A stretch of 64,000 nt of DNA from an uncultured delta proteobacterium (GTDB lineage Bacteria; Desulfobacterota; Desulfomonilia; UBA1062): the NCBI GenBank assembly GCA_963785235.1, contig CAWAUM010000010.1:1-64000 (forward strand), given 5' to 3'. The notes beneath the pieces were generated by a model, which did no database searches, was not told where the DNA came from, and saw nothing but the letters and a program-made list of their open reading frames with translations. How positions within the stretch are numbered: the first letter of the stretch is position 1; every line of letters begins with the position of its first letter. Below, piece after piece: positions 49,495 to 59,044 of the stretch. The translations under genes and the position numbers were made by a program.

Positions 49495-50718
49495 CTAGAA
49501 AAGGAATATGGGGTACGTGTCAGGGTTCTTTCCGAAGCAGGTGATGTCGTCGATCTTTTCGATGTTGGCGCCCTTGAGCATCGCATAGAGCGACCTTTCC
49601 ACACCTATGCCTGCACCCATGGTATCAGGGAAATACGGCTGACCCTTTTTATTGAGCATATGGACTGCGGTGAGGAAGGGTCCATACCCGTCAAGGACAG
49701 CAATATTCCTCAGCACCCCGTCTTCAAAAACCGGCTCTTCAGGGATAATCCGGTTATCGAGAAGCCTCTTGATAATCGGCTCATACAGCCATTCTCTGAT
49801 GGCGCCTGAGAGTATTTCCAGTGCCGGCGTGGTCTTATTGGTCTTTCTGATGATGGACTTTGCGCAGATATCGTAGTTGTAGATCATGTCCGATGTAAAA
49901 GAAGACAGCGGTGACTTGCTCCCATCTGAGAGCAGATACGGATAGATAAGATCATAGTTTTCCCTCATGAGCCCGGTAACCCAGAAGAACTGGCCTTTGA
50001 TATCCTCGCCTGCCTTTGCATCGAGATCCACCTTTCCATGCTTCTTTAACGCATGGTCGTGTCTGACCCTGGGGAATGGCTGCTTGGGCACTTCAAGGGC
50101 AACTCCCAAGGCCTTGAGGTTGTCTTCATTCTTGTCTACAATGGCGGATATGGCGGTAATGATCATCCTCTCGAAGAAATCCATGATCCTTTCCATATCT
50201 TCCTTCAGGATCTTCTTCACCTTTTCGGGCTGGTTTTTGTACTGGTCGAAATCAATACCCCTGTTTCTCCTGAGCTCTATATCAATCTGGGAGAAGTCGA
50301 TGAGATATTTCCCCCTCTGTTTTCTCTGAGGGCTTTCGATCTCCAGGCGGATGTTGGGCGAGTCGATAAATATGCCTTTCAGCTTCGGGTTGAAGCATGC
50401 AAGGAACTTCATATAGATCATGGAGTGTGTGACCACATAGGGCATACCCTTGTAATGTATGGTCGGGACGTGCTCCACGTCATGGGCCAACGGGTCAGTC
50501 ACAGGGCTCATCTCCACACGCTCAAGATTAAGAAGGCCTTCATTCACGAGAAAATTATTGATGGCGGTCACAAAGGTGGTGCGGATGCTCATAGCGTTGA
50601 AGATGTCATCGTTCACCCACTTATTTACATAGTTCTCACGAACGAAATCTTCAAAAGTGGATCCTGATTCATTGAGCATAGCCTGAAAATGAAATAGATC
50701 TTCACCAATAAACGCCAT
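49495..50718 (-). CDS. Class II aaRS catalytic-core paralog, archaeal-type asparagine synthetase A-like
   Basis: SPVTDPL, THSMI..K, SPNIRLE (motif 2), FSQIDIE, NYD, EILSGA.RE, GAGIGVER (motif 3); no anticodon-binding domain. Confidence 0.75.
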   Translation of the reverse strand: MAFIGEDLFHFQAMLNESGSTFEDFVRENYVNKWVNDDIFNAMSIRTTFVTAINNFLVNEGLLNLERVEMSPVTDPLAHDVEHVPTIHYKGMPYVVTHSMIYMKFLACFNPKLKGIFIDSPNIRLEIESPQRKQRGKYLIDFSQIDIELRRNRGIDFDQYKNQPEKVKKILKEDMERIMDFFERMIITAISAIVDKNEDNLKALGVALEVPKQPFPRVRHDHALKKHGKVDLDAKAGEDIKGQFFWVTGLMRENYDLIYPYLLSDGSKSPLSSFTSDMIYNYDICAKSIIRKTNKTTPALEILSGAIREWLYEPIIKRLLDNRIIPEEPVFEDGVLRNIAVLDGYGPFLTAVHMLNKKGQPYFPDTMGAGIGVERSLYAMLKGANIEKIDDITCFGKNPDTYPIFLF

Positions 50719-50778
50719 CTTATAATCCTCCTTGTAGATATATATTGGCCCTAAAGGGCCTCTTGTGAATTAACACCT

Positions 50779-52182
50779 TTAAAAACAGAATTTATCAAAC
50801 TCATCTGGTATGGGCGTGGGATAACTTCCGTCAAAGCAGGCGGTACAGTAATGAGAACTGCATTCCACAGCACTGAGCATGCCTGGGATAGAAAGATAGG
50901 CGAGAGAGTCGGCCTCGAGATAGCACCTGATCTGCTCTATGGTCTTTTCACTGGCAATGAGCTCGGAATGCCTCGATATATCAATGCCGTAATAGCAAGG
51001 GTTCATTATGGGAGGCGAACTGATCCTCACATGTATTTCTTTTGCGCCTTTGTCCCGGAGCATCCTCACGATCTGGCGCATGGTGGTTCCCCTCACGATG
51101 GAATCATCCACCAATACGACGCGTCTGTCCTTGAGAACACCCGTGACCGGGTTGAGCTTGACCTTTACATCGAGGTTCCGCTTGTCCTGGTGCGGTGCTA
51201 TAAAGGTCCTTCCAACATAGTGGTTCCTGATGAGGCCGATCTCATAGCGAAGCCCCGATACCCGTGCATAGCCCAAGGCAGCGGTGTTTCCCGAGTCAGG
51301 TACGGCGATCACGATATCCGCATCAGCCGGGGCCTCTTGTGCCAGTCTTTTTCCCAGGCTCCTGCGGATCTTGTCCACCTTCTCACCGAAGATAAGACTG
51401 TCCGGGCGCGCAAAATAGATATGCTCAAATATGCAGTAGCTTCTGCGAGGCGCCTCAGGCAAACGGCTGCACCTGATACCGGCATTATCAATAACCACTA
51501 TTTCACCCGGCTCCAGGGACCTGATATACTCGGCGCCTACGATGTCAAAGGCACAGGTCTCTGAAGCCACCATATATACCCCATTAATCGTTCCCAGGCT
51601 CAAGGGCCTGAAGCCATACGGGTCCCGCGCGGCAATCAGTTTATCCGGCGTCAGAAATACAAAGCAGTAGGCGCCTATAAGATTTTTCAAGGCATCTGTT
51701 ATTGCATCGACAATATCGGTTTGACTGGATCGGGCTATGAGATGCAGCACAATCTCACTGTCGGATGTGGTCTGAAAAATAGATCCGCTTTCCTGCATGC
51801 CTTTGCGCAGCTGTGAAGCATTGGTGATTGTGCCGTTGTGCCCCACTGCAATCCGGCCTGATTTGCACTCAATTACAATGGGCTGGGCATTAATGATGTT
51901 TGTGGTACCTCTGGTGGAATAACGGTTGTGGCCGATTGCCGCATGTCCTGTAAGCTTGGGCATTGCAGCAGGGTCGGAGAACACCGCCCACACAAGTCCC
52001 AATCCCTTGTGAAGGGCTATGTCGCAGCCATCGGTTGATGCGATGCCTGCACTCTCCTGTCCTCGATGTTGCAGTGCGTAGAGGCCGAGATATATCTTCT
52101 CTGCGGCCTTTTCATCACCATAGATCCCTGCTATGCCGCATTCTTCGTGCCAGTGATCGTCAAGCTGATTCATATCGTTCAT
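50779..52182 (-). CDS. purF: Amidophosphoribosyltransferase (propeptide, Fe-S type)
   Basis: EECGI.G, LQHRGQESAG, GHNRYST, HNG, CIFEHIYFARPDS, VDDSIVRGTT, PCYYG, CTAC. Confidence 0.93.
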   Translation of the reverse strand: MNDMNQLDDHWHEECGIAGIYGDEKAAEKIYLGLYALQHRGQESAGIASTDGCDIALHKGLGLVWAVFSDPAAMPKLTGHAAIGHNRYSTRGTTNIINAQPIVIECKSGRIAVGHNGTITNASQLRKGMQESGSIFQTTSDSEIVLHLIARSSQTDIVDAITDALKNLIGAYCFVFLTPDKLIAARDPYGFRPLSLGTINGVYMVASETCAFDIVGAEYIRSLEPGEIVVIDNAGIRCSRLPEAPRRSYCIFEHIYFARPDSLIFGEKVDKIRRSLGKRLAQEAPADADIVIAVPDSGNTAALGYARVSGLRYEIGLIRNHYVGRTFIAPHQDKRNLDVKVKLNPVTGVLKDRRVVLVDDSIVRGTTMRQIVRMLRDKGAKEIHVRISSPPIMNPCYYGIDISRHSELIASEKTIEQIRCYLEADSLAYLSIPGMLSAVECSSHYCTACFDGSYPTPIPDEFDKFCF

Positions 52183-52323
52183 GTATTTCCAGCCTTGCAG
52201 TACCAATGCCTGTTGTAATATGCCTTCAACCACAGTTACCTTCAGAGGATGGCTGGTTCTTATCATCCATCTTTCAGGAGAACAAGGGCAACCAGAAATA
52301 TTGCTCTACGGTCTTATCCTTTT

Positions 52324-52338
52324 GCAAGCACGGAGCCA
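52324..52338 (-). promoter_or_regulatory. Putative sigma54 promoter upstream of purF
   Basis: Minus strand TGGCTCCGTGCTTGC(A), canonical GG-N10-GC spacing. Confidence 0.5.
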
Positions 52339-52473
52339 AATTATTTATATGCCTCCAATTACCAGTAAAAGTGCACCTGTGCATGCGCAGCGTTCATTGA
52401 AGATTGTTTGGCAAATAACACAATTTCGTTTAAATTTTTTTCGATAGTGCTTTTTTGTGTAAAATTAATTGTT

Positions 52474-55023
52474 TTACTTGGCAACAATGCCCTTCACACC
52501 CCCGGATGTAAGGGTGGCGATATTGGTAAGAACCACAGGAAGGGACAAGGTCGTGGGAGAGGCCAGGTAACGTGGCCGCCACTGGGGCTGGAATTTTTCC
52601 TTGTACTGACGAAGACCCTGGAAATTGTAAAAATTCTCCACATGCTTGAAGAGAAACCCGCCAATGCGGTTCCACAGGGATGCAAGCGACTTGTCGGAAA
52701 GACCTGCCAGTGGGGCCATGCCGAAATTAAACCAATGATACCCATTGGCTTTGCCCCACAGCATGAGATGTATGAACAGGTAATCCATAGTTCCACTTGG
52801 TGCATCAGGGGTATATCTCATAAGATCAACCGACATCTCTTCCACCCTTCCCGAAGACCAGATATTTGCAAAGGCCAGGATTTCATCCCCTTTGCGAATC
52901 AGCCCAATGGGGAATTGTGCAATGTAGTCCTCCCTGAAATACCCGAGAGAAAAGCCCTTCTCCCTGGTATTCTTTTCTTCTAGCCAGGCATCCGATATCC
53001 TTCGAAGGTCACCCATGATCTGAGATACGCCGCCACGCTGAACCACCTCAAAGGTATATCCCTCTTTGCTCAGCTTGTTGTATGTATGCCTCAGCTCTTT
53101 TCTGGGGCCTCCTTCCAGGCTGAAGGATTCCAGTTCAACCCTGCCTTCTTCCCCAAGCTTAACCAGTGTCATACCGAGGTCGATATACACATGAAGGTTT
53201 TCTGATCCAACCTCATAGAAAACAGGCCAGCCGCCGAAACGGTCACATAGTTCACAAAATTGCCAGGCCAGTTCCTGCCACTGGGATTTCGGACCTATGG
53301 GATCACCCATGGCAATCCAGCTTCTGCCGCTGACCGTGTACATAATGAAGGCCTTGCCGTTTTCGCTGAACAGAAGAGTCTTGTCATTAAGCAGTGCAAG
53401 ATTTGCATGAGAATCAAGTGATTCCCTTATTATCGGCAAGGCCCTTTCAAGATCGTTTCCGGTTCCTGCTATGGGTGGCCTGGAGTAAGGATGAAGGATC
53501 TTTGCAAATGCATACGTAAGGGCTGCAACAAGCGCACCTACAGCTGCCCTTAAAGACCGTGGCGCATCGGCCTGGAACGCAAACACCCACCACAGATCCG
53601 TTGAATATTCCACATGCTTGTAGGAAAAATAGGTGAGCCATGCAGTTGAGATAAACACGATCCCCATAACAAAAAGCCAACCCGCGGTGAACCTTCCGCC
53701 CAGAAGGGAACCTTTCCTGTAGAAACTGGGTCTTGATGGTATCAGGATCAGGAGCAAGATGAGCAGGACAGATGCCTGCTCATATTCAAGCCCCCTCAAA
53801 AGGGAGAGGACAATGCCGCCGATAACAAGTGCAACGCTCAGGTAATAAGCAGTATCGAGTCTTCTCTGAAGTCCCCGGGCAAGGATAAGAAGCCCTACAC
53901 CGAAAATGCTTCCGAGAAAGTGTGAAACCTCGATCACGGGCAGAGGCACATATGAACTCATTTGAGCAAGCCTGTCGCTGATATCCGGGGTAGCGCCGGA
54001 GAAGAGCAGGATAACACCGCCCAGGAAGGCAATAACGGTAAGGACCGGAGGGACCATATAAGGAAGCCACCGCGTAATTGCCTGTGCGCCCCACTGCAGG
54101 ATCTGCTTGCGCTGAAAAACTTCTTCTATCCCAAGGATTATGGCGGCAAACAGCAACGGAAAGATATAATAGGTCAGCCGGTAAATAACCAGTGAGCCGA
54201 TGATCGAAGAAGCAGGCATAATAGGTGAGAGAAAAACCAGGATTACAGCCTCGAATATCCCCAGCCCGCCGGGGATCTGACTAACCAACCCTGCGAACTG
54301 CCCGATCAGGTATATTCCGATAAAGCTCGGCAATGGAAGACCTGGGGGTAAAAGTACATACAGGATACTACCGGCCAGAGCCCAATCGAGCGTTGCTATT
54401 GCTACCTGGGGGAGGAACAGTCTGGCCGGCGGGATAGCGATCTCAATCTCACGGAATCTGAGCGCCCTCTTCTTTGTCATAACCATTGCGGCATAAATGA
54501 GTATTGGGAAAAGAAAGAGAAATCCCAGCGGTCGATCGGTTGCGAAGGGCATATGGAGTGCCTTGGGTATAACGAGAGGCTCTGTCAGGAATACCCCTGC
54601 ACCAAGGGTTAAAAAACCCATCCAGATACTTATGGTGTTAAAAAAGATAACCTTGGTGATCTCGAGGGCTGACAGACCCCAGGAGGAATAGAGCCGGTAT
54701 CTTATGGAGGCCCCGGCAACCATGGAAAAGCCGATATTGTTACTGAAGGCATACCCGATAAAGGAGGCAGTGGCTATCTTTCTGAAACCCAGCGGCTTGT
54801 TTATAAACCGTAAAGCAAGAAAATCATAGCCGGTCATGATCAGATAACTGAATATGGTAAGTGTAACGGCTATCAAGACCTGCTTGGAGGGTATCCCGTG
54901 GAGGTATTGGAGGATTTCGTGAAGCCGGTATCTTTCAAGCTCCTTATGAAGGACCCATAAGGCTGCACCGAAGAGAATGAGCCCGATGGATGCCCCTAAG
55001 GCCTTCAGTATACGTCCCCTCAA
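52474..55023 (-). CDS. mprF: Bifunctional aminoacyl-phosphatidylglycerol flippase/synthase
   Basis: RYRLYS.WG, PGGLG.FE, SHF..S..G..L..LARGL.RR, GDP.G, KLGEE, EKGFSLG, DLMR, YNFQGLR.YKEKF.P.W.PRYLA. Confidence 0.93.
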   Translation of the reverse strand: MRGRILKALGASIGLILFGAALWVLHKELERYRLHEILQYLHGIPSKQVLIAVTLTIFSYLIMTGYDFLALRFINKPLGFRKIATASFIGYAFSNNIGFSMVAGASIRYRLYSSWGLSALEITKVIFFNTISIWMGFLTLGAGVFLTEPLVIPKALHMPFATDRPLGFLFLFPILIYAAMVMTKKRALRFREIEIAIPPARLFLPQVAIATLDWALAGSILYVLLPPGLPLPSFIGIYLIGQFAGLVSQIPGGLGIFEAVILVFLSPIMPASSIIGSLVIYRLTYYIFPLLFAAIILGIEEVFQRKQILQWGAQAITRWLPYMVPPVLTVIAFLGGVILLFSGATPDISDRLAQMSSYVPLPVIEVSHFLGSIFGVGLLILARGLQRRLDTAYYLSVALVIGGIVLSLLRGLEYEQASVLLILLLILIPSRPSFYRKGSLLGGRFTAGWLFVMGIVFISTAWLTYFSYKHVEYSTDLWWVFAFQADAPRSLRAAVGALVAALTYAFAKILHPYSRPPIAGTGNDLERALPIIRESLDSHANLALLNDKTLLFSENGKAFIMYTVSGRSWIAMGDPIGPKSQWQELAWQFCELCDRFGGWPVFYEVGSENLHVYIDLGMTLVKLGEEGRVELESFSLEGGPRKELRHTYNKLSKEGYTFEVVQRGGVSQIMGDLRRISDAWLEEKNTREKGFSLGYFREDYIAQFPIGLIRKGDEILAFANIWSSGRVEEMSVDLMRYTPDAPSGTMDYLFIHLMLWGKANGYHWFNFGMAPLAGLSDKSLASLWNRIGGFLFKHVENFYNFQGLRQYKEKFQPQWRPRYLASPTTLSLPVVLTNIATLTSGGVKGIVAK

Positions 55024-55100
55024 GGCATGCCCCCGTAAGCCTCACTCATAAAGAAAAATACCTATCATTATATATGATCACACGATCATCTAATAACTCG

Positions 55101-55397
55101 TCACTCCAAGAATAACTCAGGCACCCTGCACGGTTTAACATCGACAGTCTGCCAGACCTTACCGGTTATATACGGCTCTGTTGCAAGGTAATGTTCCAGC
55201 TCATCCTGGGATTCAAAATTCATGATAAGCATGGAACCCTTCATGATACCATTATCATCAATGAGCGCGGCGCCATACAGCGCCTTTCCCTCTTCCTTGA
55301 GCTTCGTGATGGATCCGAGATGCCGCTCACGGGCAGCAAGTCTTCGTTCCAGAGCTTTCTCATCAGATCCGTCATATGCGATGATGAGATAGTGCAT
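55101..55397 (-). CDS. YciI-family protein
   Basis: A.D......R...R..H, G...GS, EPY...VW. Confidence 0.85.
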   Translation of the reverse strand: MHYLIIAYDGSDEKALERRLAARERHLGSITKLKEEGKALYGAALIDDNGIMKGSMLIMNFESQDELEHYLATEPYITGKVWQTVDVKPCRVPELFLE

Positions 55398-55480
55398 AAT
55401 CATTCCCCCCAGTCCTGGAGTGAACCTTAAAACATACCACCGGATCTTCAGAATGAACAGCGGCATTATCAGGTTATGCC

Positions 55481-56392
55481 TTATGTCTCTGCCCCCCGCG
55501 ATAAAAACTTTTGAGCTTCATGGCAGATTGCTGCAGCAGCCGGATTCATGACCCGCCTTTCTACTGTTACGGCATAGAAGCGTTGTCTCACATCCGGAAG
55601 TCGGCCTACAGTCTCCACCATGAACTGGCGTTTTACCTCCTCCACAATAATGGAAGGCGCAGGGAAAAGCCCGATTCCCATCTGACCAAAGGCATTTAAA
55701 AGGGCATTGTCATCGAACTCACCCATGATCTGCGGACGGATGTCATTTTCTTCAAACCAGTGATCGAGTGCCCTCCTGAGAGCTGTGTTTTCACTTGGCA
55801 GGAGCATGGGAGCACCATTCAATGAAGATGGGAACTTACTGTGATACCTTGAGACGAATTTCTTTTTGGCAAGAAAGGAGATATCGCTTTCGCCAAGCAG
55901 GTGGTTGAATGCCTTCACCTTTATATGAGAACTTGCCGGGGCATCCATCAGGATCACATCAAGCTCATGCAAGGCCAATTCAGCAAGAAGTCGCTCAGGT
56001 TTGTCCTCCCTGCAGACTAACTGCACGGAGCCGGAAAGACGAAGTGCGGGTTCAAGCAGTTCCCGGGCAATGAGTTTGGGTATGATATCCGCCACACCGA
56101 CAGTCACCCTCAAGGGCCTTCCTATGGGTCTGTCATTCAGTGTGTCCTGGAGCTCTTTCCCTAACCTGAAGATTTCATCAGCATAGCGATAGACCATGCG
56201 TCCTGTCTCGGAGAGCATGAGCCTTCTCCCGCTTTTTACAAACAGCTTTTCCCCAAGCGAGTTTTCAAGAACCCTGATCTGTCCGCTGATTGCCGATGGA
56301 GACAGGCTCAGTTCCGTACTGGCTCGCGCAAGGCTTCCTTCACGGGCAACGGTCCAGAAATAAAGGAGATGATGGTAGTTCAGCCATTCCAT
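55481..56392 (-). CDS. nhaR: LysR-family activator, NhaR-like
   Basis: LNYHHL.YFW.VAREGS, YADEIF.LG.EL, VGVAD..PK, CRE, EFDD.AL...FG. Confidence 0.88.
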   Translation of the reverse strand: MEWLNYHHLLYFWTVAREGSLARASTELSLSPSAISGQIRVLENSLGEKLFVKSGRRLMLSETGRMVYRYADEIFRLGKELQDTLNDRPIGRPLRVTVGVADIIPKLIARELLEPALRLSGSVQLVCREDKPERLLAELALHELDVILMDAPASSHIKVKAFNHLLGESDISFLAKKKFVSRYHSKFPSSLNGAPMLLPSENTALRRALDHWFEENDIRPQIMGEFDDNALLNAFGQMGIGLFPAPSIIVEEVKRQFMVETVGRLPDVRQRFYAVTVERRVMNPAAAAICHEAQKFLSRGAET

Positions 56393-56406
56393 AAACTTAT
56401 TGTTAC

Positions 56407-56547
56407 TTCGTTTTATTGGAACTATCAATACCGAATTACATTATTGTGGAAACATGCTTTATTGGATACACTCTTTTGTTAGGGAAAGAGACCGGACAAT
56501 ACTCTCAACCCTCCCCCACTCCGGGCATCACTCGCTGATGCCCGGAG
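56407..56547 (+). promoter_or_regulatory. LysR box and structured leader upstream of the His-rich operon
   Basis: TTCGTTTTATTGGAA (T-N11-A) at 56407-56421; 12-bp hairpin CTCCGGGCATCA-CTCGC-TGATGCCCGGAG at 56519-56547. Confidence 0.5.
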
Positions 56548-56570
56548 AATTAAATAAAAAAGGAGTCCAC

Positions 56571-56870
56571 ATGATTTGCCCACGATGCAACAAACCAACT
56601 CTGGAAGAAAAGGACCGCGATGGTATCACCATAGATGTTTGCCAGGTGTGCCGAGGGATCTGGCTCGACCGCGGAGAGCTTGAAAGGCTCATGGCCAGGG
56701 TCGATCAGGAGCAGGAAATAAATACTATGGGATATGGCAGGGAGAAGGAAAACATTGGTCACCATGAACGCCACGATAGCCACCATAGAGATTATTCACA
56801 TGGCGATAAGCATGGGCACGAAGGCGGCCATCACAGGAAAAAACATTGGCTGTCTGAAATATTTGATTAA
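56571..56870 (+). CDS. zf-TFIIB zinc-ribbon protein with a His-rich tail
   Basis: MICPRC...IDVC..C.GIWLDRGELE.L ... KK.WLSEIFD; AGGAG RBS. Confidence 0.88.
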   Translation: MICPRCNKPTLEEKDRDGITIDVCQVCRGIWLDRGELERLMARVDQEQEINTMGYGREKENIGHHERHDSHHRDYSHGDKHGHEGGHHRKKHWLSEIFD

Positions 56871-56912
56871 TTAACCGTGTCTCTTGACCGAGAATAGTAC
56901 AAGCAGAACAAC

Positions 56913-57836
56913 ATGCAATTGAACACCATGGAGATGACAAAAACCCAGGCAACCACTGAGAAAAAAAGGGTGGCCCTGACATCCGTCTTGGCAGCGGTTT
57001 TATTGACCGGGTCCAAGCTGATCGTCGGCATACTCAGTGGTAGCCTTGGTATTCTCTCCGAGGCGGCCCATTCCGGCCTGGACCTTTTGGCTGCCGGCAT
57101 GACATATCTATCTGTGAGGGTATCTGGCAAGGAGGCTGACCGCAAGCACACCTATGGCCACGGGAAGATCGAAAATCTTTCAGCCTTTTTTGAAACCCTG
57201 CTTCTGCTTGTGACCTGCGCTTGGATATTTTATGAGGCAGGAGAAAGGATTCTTGGATCCAAGCAGATCCATGTAGATGCAACCATCTGGACATTCCTGG
57301 TCATGATTCTCTCCATCATTGTAGATTTCGGGCGTTCTCGTGCGCTTATGCGTGCAGCAAAGAAACATAACAGCCAGGCCCTTGAAGCAGATGCCGTGCA
57401 TTTTTCAACCGACATCTGGTCTTCTTGTGTAGTTCTGTTGGGGCTTGGATGTGTGTGGCTGTCCTACAAACTGGGTTTGCCCTGGCTTGAAAAAGCGGAT
57501 TCCATTGCTGCCCTGGGTGTCGCTGTTATCGTAGTCGGGGTTTGCTTCAGGCTGGGCATGAAATCCATTAATGTCCTCCTTGACGGCGTAACCCCGGGCT
57601 TACAAGAGAAGATCGAATCAGCCACATTGAATATACCAGGAATCCTTGCGGTAAAAAGGGTGCGGGTGAGAAGCAGTGGCCCGGAACTCTTTGCTGACAT
57701 TACCGTAACCATGGAGAAAAATATAAGCATTGAGGAAAGTCATAAAACTGCTGATGAAGTTGAACTTCAGATTAAGTCTGAATTCCCTAATATGGATATC
57801 GTAGTGCATGTGGAACCTGAGGCAGGAACAGCATGA
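56913..57836 (+). CDS. Cation diffusion facilitator (FieF-like)
   Basis: EAAHSGLD, H.YGHGKIE, LEADAVHF.TD, VHVEP. Confidence 0.9.
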   Translation: MQLNTMEMTKTQATTEKKRVALTSVLAAVLLTGSKLIVGILSGSLGILSEAAHSGLDLLAAGMTYLSVRVSGKEADRKHTYGHGKIENLSAFFETLLLLVTCAWIFYEAGERILGSKQIHVDATIWTFLVMILSIIVDFGRSRALMRAAKKHNSQALEADAVHFSTDIWSSCVVLLGLGCVWLSYKLGLPWLEKADSIAALGVAVIVVGVCFRLGMKSINVLLDGVTPGLQEKIESATLNIPGILAVKRVRVRSSGPELFADITVTMEKNISIEESHKTADEVELQIKSEFPNMDIVVHVEPEAGTA

Positions 57837-57935
57837 CGCGCATTAGTGATAAAATGAATCGGTCAAAGGCACTTATGTACCCAGCTTCATCAATCTCTAG
57901 GCATACAGGAGATATTTTAAATACAGGAGGTTCAC

Positions 57936-58315
57936 ATGGGTTTAGATGACCTTATCAAGCAAAAATATCACCGCAAGTCTTCTCACCACGATCATGATGA
58001 AAACCACTATGAAGGCCATCATGACCGCTATGATCATCACGATGATCATAGCGGTATTATCATGGAGGACATCATAAAGGTCATCACAAACTAGAGCTAA
58101 TCCGCTCGATTTTAAACTCTCTCCCGCATAAAAAGGCACTGTTGGCAGGAGCTCTCATTATTGGTATCATAATGATTATCGCAGGGATCGCCCTGCTCTG
58201 GGCTTTATTCCCACTTATAATCCAGGCAGTCGGGTATGTGGAGGCAAACGGTATCAAGAGTATTGTAGATAGTGTATTGCCGTATGCAGAAAAACTCTGG
58301 AAAGGTAATGGATAG
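57936..58315 (+). CDS. His-rich single-TM membrane protein (frameshift near 58053)
   Basis: Not in the track. GGAGG RBS; MGLDDLIKQKYHRKSSHHDHDENHYEGHHDRYDHHDDHS, continuing in another frame as YYHGGHHKGHHKLEL...TM...EKLWKGNG*. Confidence 0.7.
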
Positions 58316-58412
58316 ATCCTCTCATGGGGAATCATCTTTTTGTCTTGTCTTGAACAATGCCCAATACTACAGAGTAGGTAAGAAATTCATTTTGAAGAGA
58401 TGGAATAGGTAA

Positions 58413-59027
58413 ATGGAAGAGATAATCCTTTGGCTTGTAAAGGTAATCGGGGACATGGGATATGTGGGCATTCTCCTGCTCATGGCCATGGAAAGCTCCC
58501 TGTTCCCGGTGCCGAGTGAGTTAGTCGTCCCTCCTGCAGGATATCTTGCTTCACAGGGACAGATGAATATCTGGCTGGTCATCTTCTTTTCTACACTCGG
58601 CAGCCTTATTGGCGCCCTGTTCAATTATGCCATTGCCTATTATCTCGGCAGGCCGTGGATACTCAGGTATGGCAAATACTTCCTGATCCCTGCCGAGAAA
58701 TTTGCCAAGGTGGAAACATTCTTCCTGAAGCATGGCGAGATAAGCACCTTCACCGGCAGGCTCATCATTGTTGTACGTCACCTCATTTCGTTGCCTGCAG
58801 GCCTTTCAAGAATGGACCTCAAACGTTTTATCATTTTCACCCTTGTGGGGTCCTTTATCTGGGTTTCCATACTTGCCTATATTGGTTACATCGTGGGCAA
58901 CAACATGGACCTGGTGAAATCGTACTATAAGCAGGCTGTCATGGGTCTTGTTGTTATAATGGCGATTGTATTGGCAGTGTACATAGTCTGGCAAAAGAAA
59001 AGGGTAAGAATAAAAGCGGAAGATTAA
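58413..59027 (+). CDS. DedA-family membrane protein
   Basis: ESS..PVPSE.V...AG, F..HG...F.GRL...VRH.ISLPAG..RM. Confidence 0.92.
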   Translation: MEEIILWLVKVIGDMGYVGILLLMAMESSLFPVPSELVVPPAGYLASQGQMNIWLVIFFSTLGSLIGALFNYAIAYYLGRPWILRYGKYFLIPAEKFAKVETFFLKHGEISTFTGRLIIVVRHLISLPAGLSRMDLKRFIIFTLVGSFIWVSILAYIGYIVGNNMDLVKSYYKQAVMGLVVIMAIVLAVYIVWQKKRVRIKAED

Positions 59028-59044
59028 TATACAAGGAGCAGAAA

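Noticed and set aside
52370-52390. NtrC-like box upstream of purF
   Set aside because: TGCAC-N8-GCGCA has the wrong spacing and a mismatch relative to TGCAC-N7-GTGCA.
57942-58335. Hydrophobic minus-strand ORFs 57942-58139 and 58084-58335
   Set aside because: Antisense to the His-rich gene: CAT/GAT repeats read as Met/Ile. The plus strand has the RBS and operon context.
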